Shown one piece after another: positions 9,132 to 17,459 of a stretch of DNA of 32,000 nt (position 1 is the first letter of the stretch; the number at the start of each line of letters is the position of its first letter). Origin of the DNA: Methylorubrum extorquens (GTDB lineage: Bacteria; Pseudomonadota; Alphaproteobacteria; Rhizobiales; Beijerinckiaceae); NCBI GenBank assembly GCA_900234795.1, contig LT962688.1, forward strand, positions 4,440,001 to 4,472,000. The letters run 5' to 3'. The notes beneath the pieces were generated by a model, which worked only from the letters and a program-made list of their open reading frames with translations, was not told the DNA's origin and did not search any database. A program made the position numbers and the translations under genes.

Positions 9132-11249
9132 GTGTTGCTGCCGCTCGTTCTCCTGCTGCTCGGCCTGTGGGAGGTGCAGCGCGGCGCCGACGATCACGCC
9201 GCGTTCGAGGCCGAACAGCAACGGCTGGCCGGTCTCGTGACGCAGATGGAGGCGCGGGCGCCGCGGGATGGGCGCTTCGATCCCCGCTTTCAGTTCCGCT
9301 ACGAAGGCCGGACCTATGGCGGGCCGCTCGCCCTGGACAAGGCGCGCGAGGCCCGTGACGAAGCCGGGTTCCTCGCCAGGCTCATGGAGTGGCGCCGCGT
9401 GCTGCCGCCGGTCGTCGTCGCGGGCGGCGCGCTGGCCGCCGCGCTCTCCCTGTTCGTGCTGCTCGCCGGCGCCGTCCTGGGCCGCCTCGGCCGCGCTTCG
9501 CGCGATGCCCTGGTACGCGGCTTCTCGCTGATGCGCCGGCTGCTTCCCGCGACGCTCTCGCTCCAGATCCTGGCGGCGACGGCGAGTTTCGTCGCCGCCG
9601 TGACCTTCGAGGCGGCGGCTCTCCTCCAGGGCGGCTTCGACGGCGGCGCGCTGAAGCTGCTGGCGATCGCCGTCGTCGCGGTCGGGGCCGTGGTCTTCGT
9701 GGCCGGCAGCACGGTGCTCGGCCTGCGCCGGGCGCTCGGCGCCTTCGAGCCCGATCCGCTGCCGATCATCGGCCGGACGGTGACGCCCGAACAGGCGCCG
9801 GGCCTGTGGCGCCTCCTTGAGGGGCTTGCCGCGCGGCTCGGAGCGCTGAAGCCCGAGGCCGTGGTGGTCGGGCTCACCGAGGGCTTCTTCGTCAGCGCCG
9901 GTCCGGGGGTGCTGGAGCCCGGCGGGGCGCGGGTCACCGGCCGGATCCTCTACCTGCCGCTGCCCTATCTCGCCCTGATGCGGGGCGACGAGGTCGCCGC
10001 GATCATCGGCCACGAACTCGCCCACTATGCCGGCGGCGACACCACCTACAGCCAGCGCTTCCTGCCGATCTATGCCGGCGTCGAGCGCTCCCTCGATGCG
10101 GTCGCCGAGGGCCATCAGGGCTCGCTCGGGCTGCTCGGGCCGTCGCTGCGCCTCGGCGTCTTCGTGATGGAGCGCTTCCACCTCGCCGTGCGCCACTGGA
10201 GCCGGACGCGGGAATTCGCGGCCGACGCGGCGGGAGCGAGCGTGACCTCGATCGATGCCTCGGCCCGCGCGCTGCTGCGCACCGGCGCAGTGGGGCCGCG
10301 CATCTTCGAGACGCTCCAGGCCGCCGCCGACGCGCCCGACGCCGCACCGCCCGACCTCGTGGCCGCCGCGCTCGACCGCGCGATTGCGCAGGGGCTCGAC
10401 GACCCGGCGGCGCATTGGCAGGAGGAGCAGGCCCACCCGACCGATACCCACCCGCCGACCCGCGAGCGCGTCGCCGCCCTCGGGCGGACCATCGACGCGG
10501 ACCTCCTGGCCGCGGCCGGCGCCGTGCCGCCGCCCCACGCGCTCGGGCAGCTCGCCGCCTATTTCGCCGACCCGGCGGGGCTCAGCCGGGCGGCCACCGA
10601 CGACTTCCTCGCCGCGCTGCGGGCGCAGGACGCGGCGTACCGCGCCCATCTCGAAGCGACCGCGGCAGAGGTTGGCACCGAGGAACGGGTGCTGCGCGCG
10701 AACTACCGCTCCCGCGGGATCGCGCTCGCGGTGGGCGGCGGCCTCTTCGCCGTCATCGCGCTCGCGATCGCCGTGTTCGGCGTGCCGGGAATTTCCCCGA
10801 AGGATAACAGTGTCGTCCTCGCAATCGCGCTCGGCTTCGCCGTGCTCCTGGGCGGGGCCGGCGCCCTCATCCTGCGCCGGGGCGAGCCCGTGACGCTGAT
10901 CCTCAGCCCCGAGGGGCTGAAGGCGCCGGGGCTCGACCGGACGATCCCGTGGGATGCCATCGCCGACCTCGACATGACGTTCAACCAGACGGGCATCCTC
11001 ACGCGCCTGCTGCTGCCGCCCGAGGCGGACTGGCCGCAACGCAGCCCCGGCCGGCACGGGATCAAGCTCGACGCGAAGCGCCGCATCGTCACGCTTCCGA
11101 TCGGCCTGCCGCGCGGGATGAAGCCCCAGGATTTCGCCGAGCTGATCGGCCGCTACCAGATGGCCGCGCAGGCCCGGCGCCTCCTCGCCGAGACCGAGGC
11201 CGGCGCGCAGCGATCCTCCTCCAACTCCCAACGCGCCGAGGCTCCATGA
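9132..11249 (+). CDS. Membrane-anchored M48-family zinc metallopeptidase (HtpX/Ste24-like HExxH) with extra C-terminal TM pair and soluble domain
   Basis: 705 aa. Several hydrophobic helices, and HELAH encoded at 10011-10025 (IIGHELAHYAGGD). The C-terminal region has two TM segments followed by a PH-like stretch. The start (GTG 9132 or TTG 9135) is uncertain, with no clear SD. Confidence 0.8.
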   Translation: MLLPLVLLLLGLWEVQRGADDHAAFEAEQQRLAGLVTQMEARAPRDGRFDPRFQFRYEGRTYGGPLALDKAREARDEAGFLARLMEWRRVLPPVVVAGGALAAALSLFVLLAGAVLGRLGRASRDALVRGFSLMRRLLPATLSLQILAATASFVAAVTFEAAALLQGGFDGGALKLLAIAVVAVGAVVFVAGSTVLGLRRALGAFEPDPLPIIGRTVTPEQAPGLWRLLEGLAARLGALKPEAVVVGLTEGFFVSAGPGVLEPGGARVTGRILYLPLPYLALMRGDEVAAIIGHELAHYAGGDTTYSQRFLPIYAGVERSLDAVAEGHQGSLGLLGPSLRLGVFVMERFHLAVRHWSRTREFAADAAGASVTSIDASARALLRTGAVGPRIFETLQAAADAPDAAPPDLVAAALDRAIAQGLDDPAAHWQEEQAHPTDTHPPTRERVAALGRTIDADLLAAAGAVPPPHALGQLAAYFADPAGLSRAATDDFLAALRAQDAAYRAHLEATAAEVGTEERVLRANYRSRGIALAVGGGLFAVIALAIAVFGVPGISPKDNSVVLAIALGFAVLLGGAGALILRRGEPVTLILSPEGLKAPGLDRTIPWDAIADLDMTFNQTGILTRLLLPPEADWPQRSPGRHGIKLDAKRRIVTLPIGLPRGMKPQDFAELIGRYQMAAQARRLLAETEAGAQRSSSNSQRAEAP

Positions 11250-11755
11250 CCGCAACGCCCGATCGCGCCGAACCCTTGCGGCTGCCGCCCCAGGGGCAGG
11301 GTTGGATGGCCACCTTCTGGGTGCTGTTCGGCGTCGTGGCGCTCGCCGCTCTGCTGGGGGCCTGCGCCCTCTATACCGCTCCGGCCCTGGTCTCGGACTG
11401 GCAGGTCCGCGCGGCGGCCGAGCCGGTGGCGGAGGCCCGGATCAGCGACGGCAAGTGCAGCTCCAAGATCGCGATCCATATCTGCGACCTCACCTTGAGT
11501 CTGCGCCGGCCCACCGGCACCGTGACGCGCCGGGTGAACTACGTGTTCGCCGGCCTGCATGTCGGCGATTTCGGCGCCGGGCCGATGGCCGATCCGGCGC
11601 GCCCGGATCTCATCACCACCGATCTCGGCCTCGACCGGCTGTGGAACCGCACGATCACCCTCGCGGTGATCATGGCCGCGCTCGCGGCGGCCATCTTCGG
11701 GGCGCTCCTCTCGCTGGTGCGCAACCGGCGCGCCGCCTCCGGTGCGGCCGGGTGA
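11246..11755 (+). CDS. Hypothetical two-TM membrane protein, translationally coupled to the M48 peptidase
   Basis: 169 aa. The ATG overlaps the peptidase stop (ATGA at 11246-11249). Predicted helices WMATFWVLFGVVALAALLGACALY and ITLAVIMAALAAAIFGALLSLV flank an approximately 100-aa loop. Confidence 0.65.
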   Translation: MTATPDRAEPLRLPPQGQGWMATFWVLFGVVALAALLGACALYTAPALVSDWQVRAAAEPVAEARISDGKCSSKIAIHICDLTLSLRRPTGTVTRRVNYVFAGLHVGDFGAGPMADPARPDLITTDLGLDRLWNRTITLAVIMAALAAAIFGALLSLVRNRRAASGAAG

Positions 11756-11773
11756 GGGGCGGTCCCGGCCGGA

Positions 11774-12103
11774 TCAGCCCTCCGCATGCGCGGCCGCATC
11801 GAGCGCCTTCCGCACCGCCGGATCGCGGCCGTAGCGCTGCCGCAACCGCTTCGCGTCCGCCTCGATGGCGTCGCAGCGCAGCGTCTTGACGGCGGCGGCG
11901 ATCTGCCGGCCACGGGCCGCATCGTAGGCCTCCTCTCCGGACCAGTGGTTGCAGCCCATGTGCCGATCCAGATAGGTCACGACCTCGGCGGGCAGGCTCT
12001 TTCTCTCCGCGGGCGAGAGGGCCGGATCGGCCCGCACCGGGGCGGGCAGATGCGCGAGAATCAGCGCGGCGAGAAGCGCGGCGGCGGTCCACGATCGGGT
12101 CAT
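11774..12103 (-). CDS. Small exported hypothetical protein
   Basis: 109 aa from ATG 12103 (GGAAGAG upstream). Signal peptide MTRSWTAAALLAALILAHLPAPVRA. Two Cys residues (CNHW..., LRCD). Confidence 0.6.
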   Translation of the reverse strand: MTRSWTAAALLAALILAHLPAPVRADPALSPAERKSLPAEVVTYLDRHMGCNHWSGEEAYDAARGRQIAAAVKTLRCDAIEADAKRLRQRYGRDPAVRKALDAAAHAEG

Positions 12104-12165
12104 CGTCACACTCTTCCATCCATGGTTGCGGCCCCGCTCGGCCGGGATTCGACGTGAGACTGAGC

Positions 12166-12933
12166 ATGAGACCCGGACGCGCACAGCCTCTTTCCTCCTG
12201 CGCCGCCCTTGTCGGGCTCTCGGCCGGCTTCTTCGCCGCGCTCTCGGTCGGGCTCCCCGCCCCGGCCGCGGCCGAGGGCTGGAACGCGGCGCGGTTCGAC
12301 CCGCCCGCCAAGGTCGAGACCGCCACGGATGCCGAGGGCCGGGAGATCACCTGCACCTTTTATCCCGATCTCGTCATCCGCGAGAGCGACACCGGCACGC
12401 CCGAGCCCGGCGATGCGGCGCTCATCCCGATCCGGGGCGGCCCGCCCGTCGTCTGCCGCGCTGCGCCCGGCGCCAGCGCGCGCAGGCTGGAAACCGGCGG
12501 TCAGCGCTTCATCGGGCGGGCGGACGGGTTTCTCGTGTTCGAGGATGCGAGCACCAACGGCACCATGCCCTTCGCGGTGATCGATGCCGGGACCGGCCGT
12601 AGCCTGTTCACCGACACGACCACCTACGACGGCATCGACAGCTTCGCGGCCGAGGGCGCGACGCTGCGGCTCGGCTTCCGCCGCGGGGTGCAGGGCGCCT
12701 GCTCGATCCCGCAAGGGGGCGCGGCCTGCTGGGCGCGGATCGTGCGCGAGGACAAGCTCCCGCCACAGGTCGCGGCACTGCCGGTGCCAGCCAAGACCTG
12801 TGCGCAAGCCTACCGCGCCGGCAAGGCCCCCAAGGATACCCCGAGCATCGTCTCCTTCCCGGTGCGGCTCGTCTGGACCGGCAGCCTCGCCATCGAGGCC
12901 GACGGCCCGGTGCGATGCTTGCCGACGCCCTGA
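12166..12933 (+). CDS. Exported hypothetical protein
   Basis: 255 aa from ATG 12166 (alternative GTG 12154). Signal-like N-terminus ending PAPAAAEG. Six Cys residues in the mature part. I recognise no family. Confidence 0.6.
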   Translation: MRPGRAQPLSSCAALVGLSAGFFAALSVGLPAPAAAEGWNAARFDPPAKVETATDAEGREITCTFYPDLVIRESDTGTPEPGDAALIPIRGGPPVVCRAAPGASARRLETGGQRFIGRADGFLVFEDASTNGTMPFAVIDAGTGRSLFTDTTTYDGIDSFAAEGATLRLGFRRGVQGACSIPQGGAACWARIVREDKLPPQVAALPVPAKTCAQAYRAGKAPKDTPSIVSFPVRLVWTGSLAIEADGPVRCLPTP

Positions 12934-12998
12934 CGGCGCACCCGCCCTTTAACCCCGGTGCCCGCGATGCGGGCCGCCCTTCGAGGAGAAACCGCCGC

Positions 12999-13499
12999 AT
13001 GATCTCACGCCGACACGCGCTGGCTACCGCCGCGACCCTGCTCTGCGCCTCCGCGGCCTGGGCCGAGCCGACGCTCGGGCTCGCCGAACGCCGGGCGATC
13101 GCCGCCTACCGCGAGAGTCGCTACCCGGCGCAGGAGAAGGCGATCCAGGAGGCCGCGGGCTTTCCCGTGCCGGTCGAGGTGGCGTGGGACCAGATCACCC
13201 TTCCGGGCGACGCGAAGTACTATGCCGACGAAGGCTATTTCGAGAAGACCATCTTCGAGCCGATCGCGGCCGGGCTGAAGGAGGTCGGCAAGGACAAGAT
13301 GGGCCGCGAGGCGCTGCAGGCGAAGCTGAAATCGATCCGCATCCGCTTCGACGAGAAGACGGCGCCGGCCTCGAACTACCCGAACGGTCTGAAGTTCGAT
13401 GGCGGCGTCCTCGACGTGAACTGGCGGCCCTTCTCCAACGTCGCCGACTTCAAGGACCGGGTGGCGGCGGTGGTGCAGGTGCTGGAAAAGAACCTGTGA
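12999..13499 (+). CDS. Exported hypothetical protein
   Basis: 166 aa. GAGGAG lies about 10 nt upstream of ATG 12999. Signal peptide MISRRHALATAATLLCASAAWA. The mature part has a balanced, Lys/Glu-rich composition that is atypical for shadow ORFs in this DNA. Confidence 0.7.
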   Translation: MISRRHALATAATLLCASAAWAEPTLGLAERRAIAAYRESRYPAQEKAIQEAAGFPVPVEVAWDQITLPGDAKYYADEGYFEKTIFEPIAAGLKEVGKDKMGREALQAKLKSIRIRFDEKTAPASNYPNGLKFDGGVLDVNWRPFSNVADFKDRVAAVVQVLEKNL

Positions 13500-13542
13500 T
13501 CCGGCCGCCCCGGGTCCGGCCCCGGAGCGCGGCGCCTACCTC

Positions 13543-13671
13543 GTGCGCCACGATCCGGTGGCGATCCTGGAGCGGCGGGACGGCTGGGTGCGGGCGCTCT
13601 ACCGGCGCGGCGCGAAGCCGGTCACGGGTTGGCTGCCGGAGGCCGACCTCGCCCTGGCCGCCGCGCCCTGA
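13543..13671 (+). pseudogene. Possible remnant of a bacterial SH3 (SH3b)-domain protein C-terminus
   Basis: Frame 1 reads ...GAYLVRHDPVAILERRDGWVRALYRRGAKPVTGWLPEADLALAAAP*, which resembles the second half of an SH3_3 domain (..dGWvrv...G..GWlp...L). Only about 42-55 codons are open and there is no N-terminal part. Confidence 0.25.
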
Positions 13672-13729
13672 GGGGCAAGCGGCCGATCCCTCCGCGGGCC
13701 GCGGCCCGCCCCACCGCATAAGGTTCGCG

Positions 13730-14023
13730 ATGCCCCACTTCCCCCTTCACGCCCTCGTCCTGCTGGTCCTCGCGGGCATTCCTGCCACGTCCGCGCGGGC
13801 GCAGACCCTGCCACCCGCCGCACCACCGCGCCTTCCGACCACTTGGGAGGCGATCGACCAATCGATGAGCGCGCTCCTGAACGGCGGTCACCGCATCGTC
13901 TCGGCCACCGGCCCGAGCTTCACCCTGGAACGGCAGGGCACATACGTCGTCTGCGAGGTTCGTCCGCCGGGCGGCCTGCGCGGCAACGCGGAGGCGACCT
14001 CGACCTGCAACCGCGTGAACTGA
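13730..14023 (+). CDS. Small exported hypothetical protein
   Basis: 97 aa. Signal peptide MPHFPLHALVLLVLAGIPATSARA. Two Cys residues in the mature part. Confidence 0.55.
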   Translation: MPHFPLHALVLLVLAGIPATSARAQTLPPAAPPRLPTTWEAIDQSMSALLNGGHRIVSATGPSFTLERQGTYVVCEVRPPGGLRGNAEATSTCNRVN

Positions 14024-14034
14024 GGCCCGCCGTG

Positions 14035-14058
14035 AACGACCGCATGAACGACCGCATG
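14035..14058 (+). repeat. Perfect 12-bp tandem duplication (AACGACCGCATG)x2 at the 5' end of the HD-domain gene
   Basis: Read directly as GTG AAC GAC CGC ATG AAC GAC CGC ATG AAT GAC, giving V-NDRM-NDRM-ND. This creates three in-frame candidate starts (14032, 14044, 14056). Confidence 0.9.
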
Positions 14059-14712
14059 AATGACCCCTGGCGCGCACGCTTCGACGAACTCTGGGGCCGG
14101 ACGGTGCGGGGGAACGGTGCCGAGGCGGCCTGGCGGGCGCTCGATGCCGGCTACGGGGAGGCCGGGCGCCACTATCACAGCTGGCGCCACATCGCGGACC
14201 TGCTCGAAGGGCACGACGCGGTGCGGGCGCTTCCGGACTTCGCCGGGCTCGATCACGACGCGATCGATCTCGCGATCCTCTTTCACGATGCGGTCTACGA
14301 CACCGCCCGCACCGACAACGAGGTGCGCAGCGCCGCCTTGCTGCTGACTCACGCCGGTCCGGCCGCGGAATCCGGCCCGATCCGGGCGGCGGAGGCGATG
14401 ATCCAGGCGACCGCCGCGCACGCGCCGAGCGACGACGCGGCCACACGGCTGATGCTCGACCTCGATCTCGCGGTGCTGGGCGCGCCCCGCCCGGTCTACG
14501 AGGCCTATGCGGCGGCGATCCGGCGCGAATACGCTGCGGTTCCGGAAGCGGCATGGCGGTTCGGCCGCGCGGGCGTGCTCGACCGCTTCCTCGCCCGGCC
14601 CGACCTCTACCAGACCCGCCCCTTTCGCGACCGCTTCGAAACAGCCGCCCGGACCAACCTCGCGGCCGAGGCGGACACGCTCCGGGCCGGTCATACCGGC
14701 GAGGGGGCGTGA
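14044..14712 (+). CDS. HD-domain metal-dependent phosphohydrolase-like protein
   Basis: About 222 aa. Contains GRHYHSWRHI and LAILFHDAVYD (the H...HD...D pattern of HD-superfamily proteins). The start is ambiguous because of the tandem repeat. Confidence 0.7.
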   Translation: MNDRMNDPWRARFDELWGRTVRGNGAEAAWRALDAGYGEAGRHYHSWRHIADLLEGHDAVRALPDFAGLDHDAIDLAILFHDAVYDTARTDNEVRSAALLLTHAGPAAESGPIRAAEAMIQATAAHAPSDDAATRLMLDLDLAVLGAPRPVYEAYAAAIRREYAAVPEAAWRFGRAGVLDRFLARPDLYQTRPFRDRFETAARTNLAAEADTLRAGHTGEGA

Positions 14713-14932
14713 GGGATGCCTTCGCAACCGAGAACCGGTTCGGCGGCCTGCGCCCGACGCCACCGACGGGCGATCCGCTCGGAGAGCGCCGCCTTTATGC
14801 AGGCCAGCTGCACCGCGATCCGGCGTTGCTGAGCACGGCCGGTTCCGCGCCCGTCCTTTTGACTTCACGGCACTCCGATCCGGGCAGATCGTTTCCCTCG
14901 GCCCGGTCCGATCAGCGGCGCAAGCCTAAGGC

Positions 14933-15175
14933 TCAGTCGCCAGGTGTCCAGTTGATCTTGGGCTTCTGCGACAGGATCCGCTCGAAGTAGTTGGCCACCG
15001 CTTGCGCGCCATCCGCGTGCATCATGGCAACCGGATGCGCGAGGTAGGCCCGGGCCAGATCGAGCGGGATCTCGCCCGCTTGGAGCGCCGTGAGCACCGC
15101 GTCGATGAAGGCGTCGTTGGCCTCGTTGAAGTCGCCCGACAGCTTCTTACGATCGTTCAGGGCCTTGATCGGCAT
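14933..15175 (-). CDS. Small hypothetical protein (80 aa)
   Basis: ATG 15175, MPIKALNDRKKLSGDFNEANDAFIDAVLTALQAGEIPLDLARAYLAHPV... The composition is protein-like (Lys/Asn/Asp-rich) against a GC-rich background. I recognise no family. Confidence 0.5.
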   Translation of the reverse strand: MPIKALNDRKKLSGDFNEANDAFIDAVLTALQAGEIPLDLARAYLAHPVAMMHADGAQAVANYFERILSQKPKINWTPGD

Positions 15176-15239
15176 TGTGTGGCTGTTCCTGTCGCTGGGG
15201 CAAGCCGCGCGCCGGCCGCTCCTGTCGGAATGCCCTACT

Positions 15240-15449
15240 CTCGGCAGCCGGAGCCAGCCAGCCCGGATACGCGAATCGGCGCGTGACCGCCTGCCGTTCG
15301 CACCGCGTGCTCGCCCGACACGCTCGCCACCTCCAGGACCCGATCGCGGCGCGGCAGGACATCTCGGAGCACATCGAGATTGACCGCCCCGTTGCGGGCT
15401 GCGGCCGGGGCGAACAGAGCCGCGTCGGCGGCACGCTCGCCGTTCAAGA
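15240..15449 (-). pseudogene. Possible N-terminal remnant of a DUF938-type SAM-dependent methyltransferase
   Basis: The minus frame reads (L/M)NGERAADAALFAPAAARNGAVNLDVLRDVLPRRDRVLEVASVSGEHAV. This resembles the DUF938 N-terminus (..ApAaeRNrepIL.vLr.vLp..g.VLEiaSGtGqHav). The frame then breaks and the gene is cut off by the next gene. Confidence 0.3.
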
Positions 15450-15643
15450 TGGCTCTCCTGCGAACACGGCCCGGGTCCGGTCGGCGGCCCGACAGGGCGA
15501 TCCGTCCGTGCGCCTCCCTCCCGCCCCAATCAAGCCCTGTGTGGCTCGACCGAAAGGGCGGCACCGCCTCACCCGCGAGCCCGCGGCCGGAACCGGCCTG
15601 GACTTCGAAAACGCACTTCTACTCCACCCAAGGCAAACCGGTC

Positions 15644-17140
15644 TTGAACGCACCCCATCGCGCCGACACAGCGCCGCGCCTCAGCCCGGCCGAGATCCGC
15701 TCCATCATCATCGGCCTCGTCGCCGCGATGCTGCTCGCGGCCCTCGACCAGACCATCGTGGCGACCGCCATGCCGACGATCGGGCTCGAACTCGGAGACG
15801 CCGCGAACCTGCCCTGGATCGTCACGGCCTATCTCCTGGCCTCCACCGCCGTCACGCCGCTCTACGGCAAGCTCTCCGACATCCACGGCCGGCGGATCAT
15901 GCTGCTGATCGCGATCACGACCTTCAGCGTCGGCTCCCTGCTTTGCGCGCTCGCCCCGACGATGATCGCGCTGGCGCTCGCCCGCGGCCTTCAGGGCATC
16001 GGCGGCGGTGGCCTGATCGCGCTGTCCCAGATCATCCTCGCCGACATCCTCTCGGCCAAGGAGCGGGCGCGCTATCAGGTCTACATCGCGGGCGTGTTCG
16101 CCCTGTCCTCGGTGGCCGGCCCGCTGCTCGGCGGCTTCTTCGCCCAGCACCTGCACTGGTCGGCGATCTTCTGGATCAACCTGCCGATCGGGCTTGCCGC
16201 CTTCATCCTCACCAACGACAAGCTCAGGCTCCTGCCCCGCAACGAACGGCGGCACAGCGTCGATTATCCGGGTGCGGCGCTCCTCGTCGTGAGCTCGACC
16301 AGCCTGATGCTGGCCCTGAGCTGGGGCGGCGTCCGCTATCCCTGGGGCTCGGCACCGGTGCTCGGGCTCGCCGCCTTCGGTCTTCTCAGCGGTGTGGCCT
16401 TCGCGGCTCGCCTCGCGACCGCGGGTGAACCGCTGATCCCTTTGAGCGTGCTGCGCGACCGCGTCGTCACCAGCGCGACGCTCGCCGCCTGCTTCGCCAT
16501 GGGCACCCTGATCGGCCTCAGCATCTACGTCCCGATCTTCCTCGAGGGCGTCATCGGGCTCGATCCCAGCCGCTCGGGCCTCGCGATGGTGCCGCTGATG
16601 GTCGGGACCGTCGTGGGTGCCACCCTCTCGGGCCGCTCGATGGCGTACCTCCGGCACTACAAGCGCCTGCCCCTGGCGCTGCTGACGCTGAGCGTCGGCG
16701 CCTGCGGGCTGCTCGCCTTCATGGGGCCCGAGCTTCCGCTCTGGTTCACCGAGATCCTGTTCGTGCTGCTCTCGATGGGGATCGGCACGGTGCTGCCGCT
16801 CTCGACGATCGTGGTCCAGAATGCCGTCGCGCCGCAGCAGCTCGGCATCGCCACCGCCTCGATGAACTTCTTCCGCTCGCTGGGCGGCGCCCTGATCGTC
16901 GCGATCTTCGGCACGCTCGTGCTTGGCGGGGCGGGCGGGGCCGGCGAAAGCGCGGTGCACGACATGGCCGCGCTGATCCGGGGAGCCGATGCCGGCCAGC
17001 TCGGGCAGACCTTCCGCCTCGTCTTCCTCGCCGCCTGCTTCGGCCTCGTTCTGGCGCTCGGCTGCCTCAGCCTGGTCGAGGAGCGCCCGTTGCAGGAGAC
17101 CGTCGGCCATGGGCGCGACGGGCGCGGTCAGAGGGACTGA
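15644..17140 (+). CDS. MFS transporter, DHA2 (EmrB/QacA-like, 14-TMS) drug:H+ antiporter family
   Basis: About 498 aa from TTG 15644. The listed ORF start at 15380 adds an Arg/Pro-rich, non-coding-like extension. Contains LDQTIVATAMPTI, GKLSDIHGRR (motif A-like), LQGIGGGG and many hydrophobic helices. Confidence 0.85.
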   Translation: MNAPHRADTAPRLSPAEIRSIIIGLVAAMLLAALDQTIVATAMPTIGLELGDAANLPWIVTAYLLASTAVTPLYGKLSDIHGRRIMLLIAITTFSVGSLLCALAPTMIALALARGLQGIGGGGLIALSQIILADILSAKERARYQVYIAGVFALSSVAGPLLGGFFAQHLHWSAIFWINLPIGLAAFILTNDKLRLLPRNERRHSVDYPGAALLVVSSTSLMLALSWGGVRYPWGSAPVLGLAAFGLLSGVAFAARLATAGEPLIPLSVLRDRVVTSATLAACFAMGTLIGLSIYVPIFLEGVIGLDPSRSGLAMVPLMVGTVVGATLSGRSMAYLRHYKRLPLALLTLSVGACGLLAFMGPELPLWFTEILFVLLSMGIGTVLPLSTIVVQNAVAPQQLGIATASMNFFRSLGGALIVAIFGTLVLGGAGGAGESAVHDMAALIRGADAGQLGQTFRLVFLAACFGLVLALGCLSLVEERPLQETVGHGRDGRGQRD

Positions 17141-17377
17141 CTCATCCTGCCTCTTCGCGAGCGAGAGGGATCGGCCGCCGGCCCTTCGACCGGCGCATGG
17201 TCCGTGTCGATGCAGGCCGAGCCTGAGGCGTGCATTAGCAGTCTCATGCGGCGCGCCGCCTGCCTGACCCAGTCACCCGTCCGTGATGTCGCGAAGGTCG
17301 ACGCGTCACGCGAGCCCTTGGTCGCGCGTCTCGGCGTGACGGAGCATTCAGGTTGAAAGGACGCGTTCTTTCGCGGG

Positions 17378-17425
17378 TCCAGGGCAGAGCCCTGGATAAA
17401 GGAAAGCCGGGGCTCTGCCCCGGCT
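17378..17425 (-). terminator. Two GC-rich hairpins downstream of the alcohol dehydrogenase gene (probable intrinsic terminator)
   Basis: Hairpin AGCCGGGGC-TCT-GCCCCGGCT (17405-17425) is followed, in the minus sense, by TTCCTTTAT. A second hairpin TCCAGGGC-AGA-GCCCTGGA lies at 17378-17396. Both are in the convergent gap between the MFS gene (+) and the dehydrogenase gene (-). Confidence 0.55.
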
Positions 17426-17459
17426 CCCCGCCAAAAGGATATTCCCTTTGGAAACCCAC

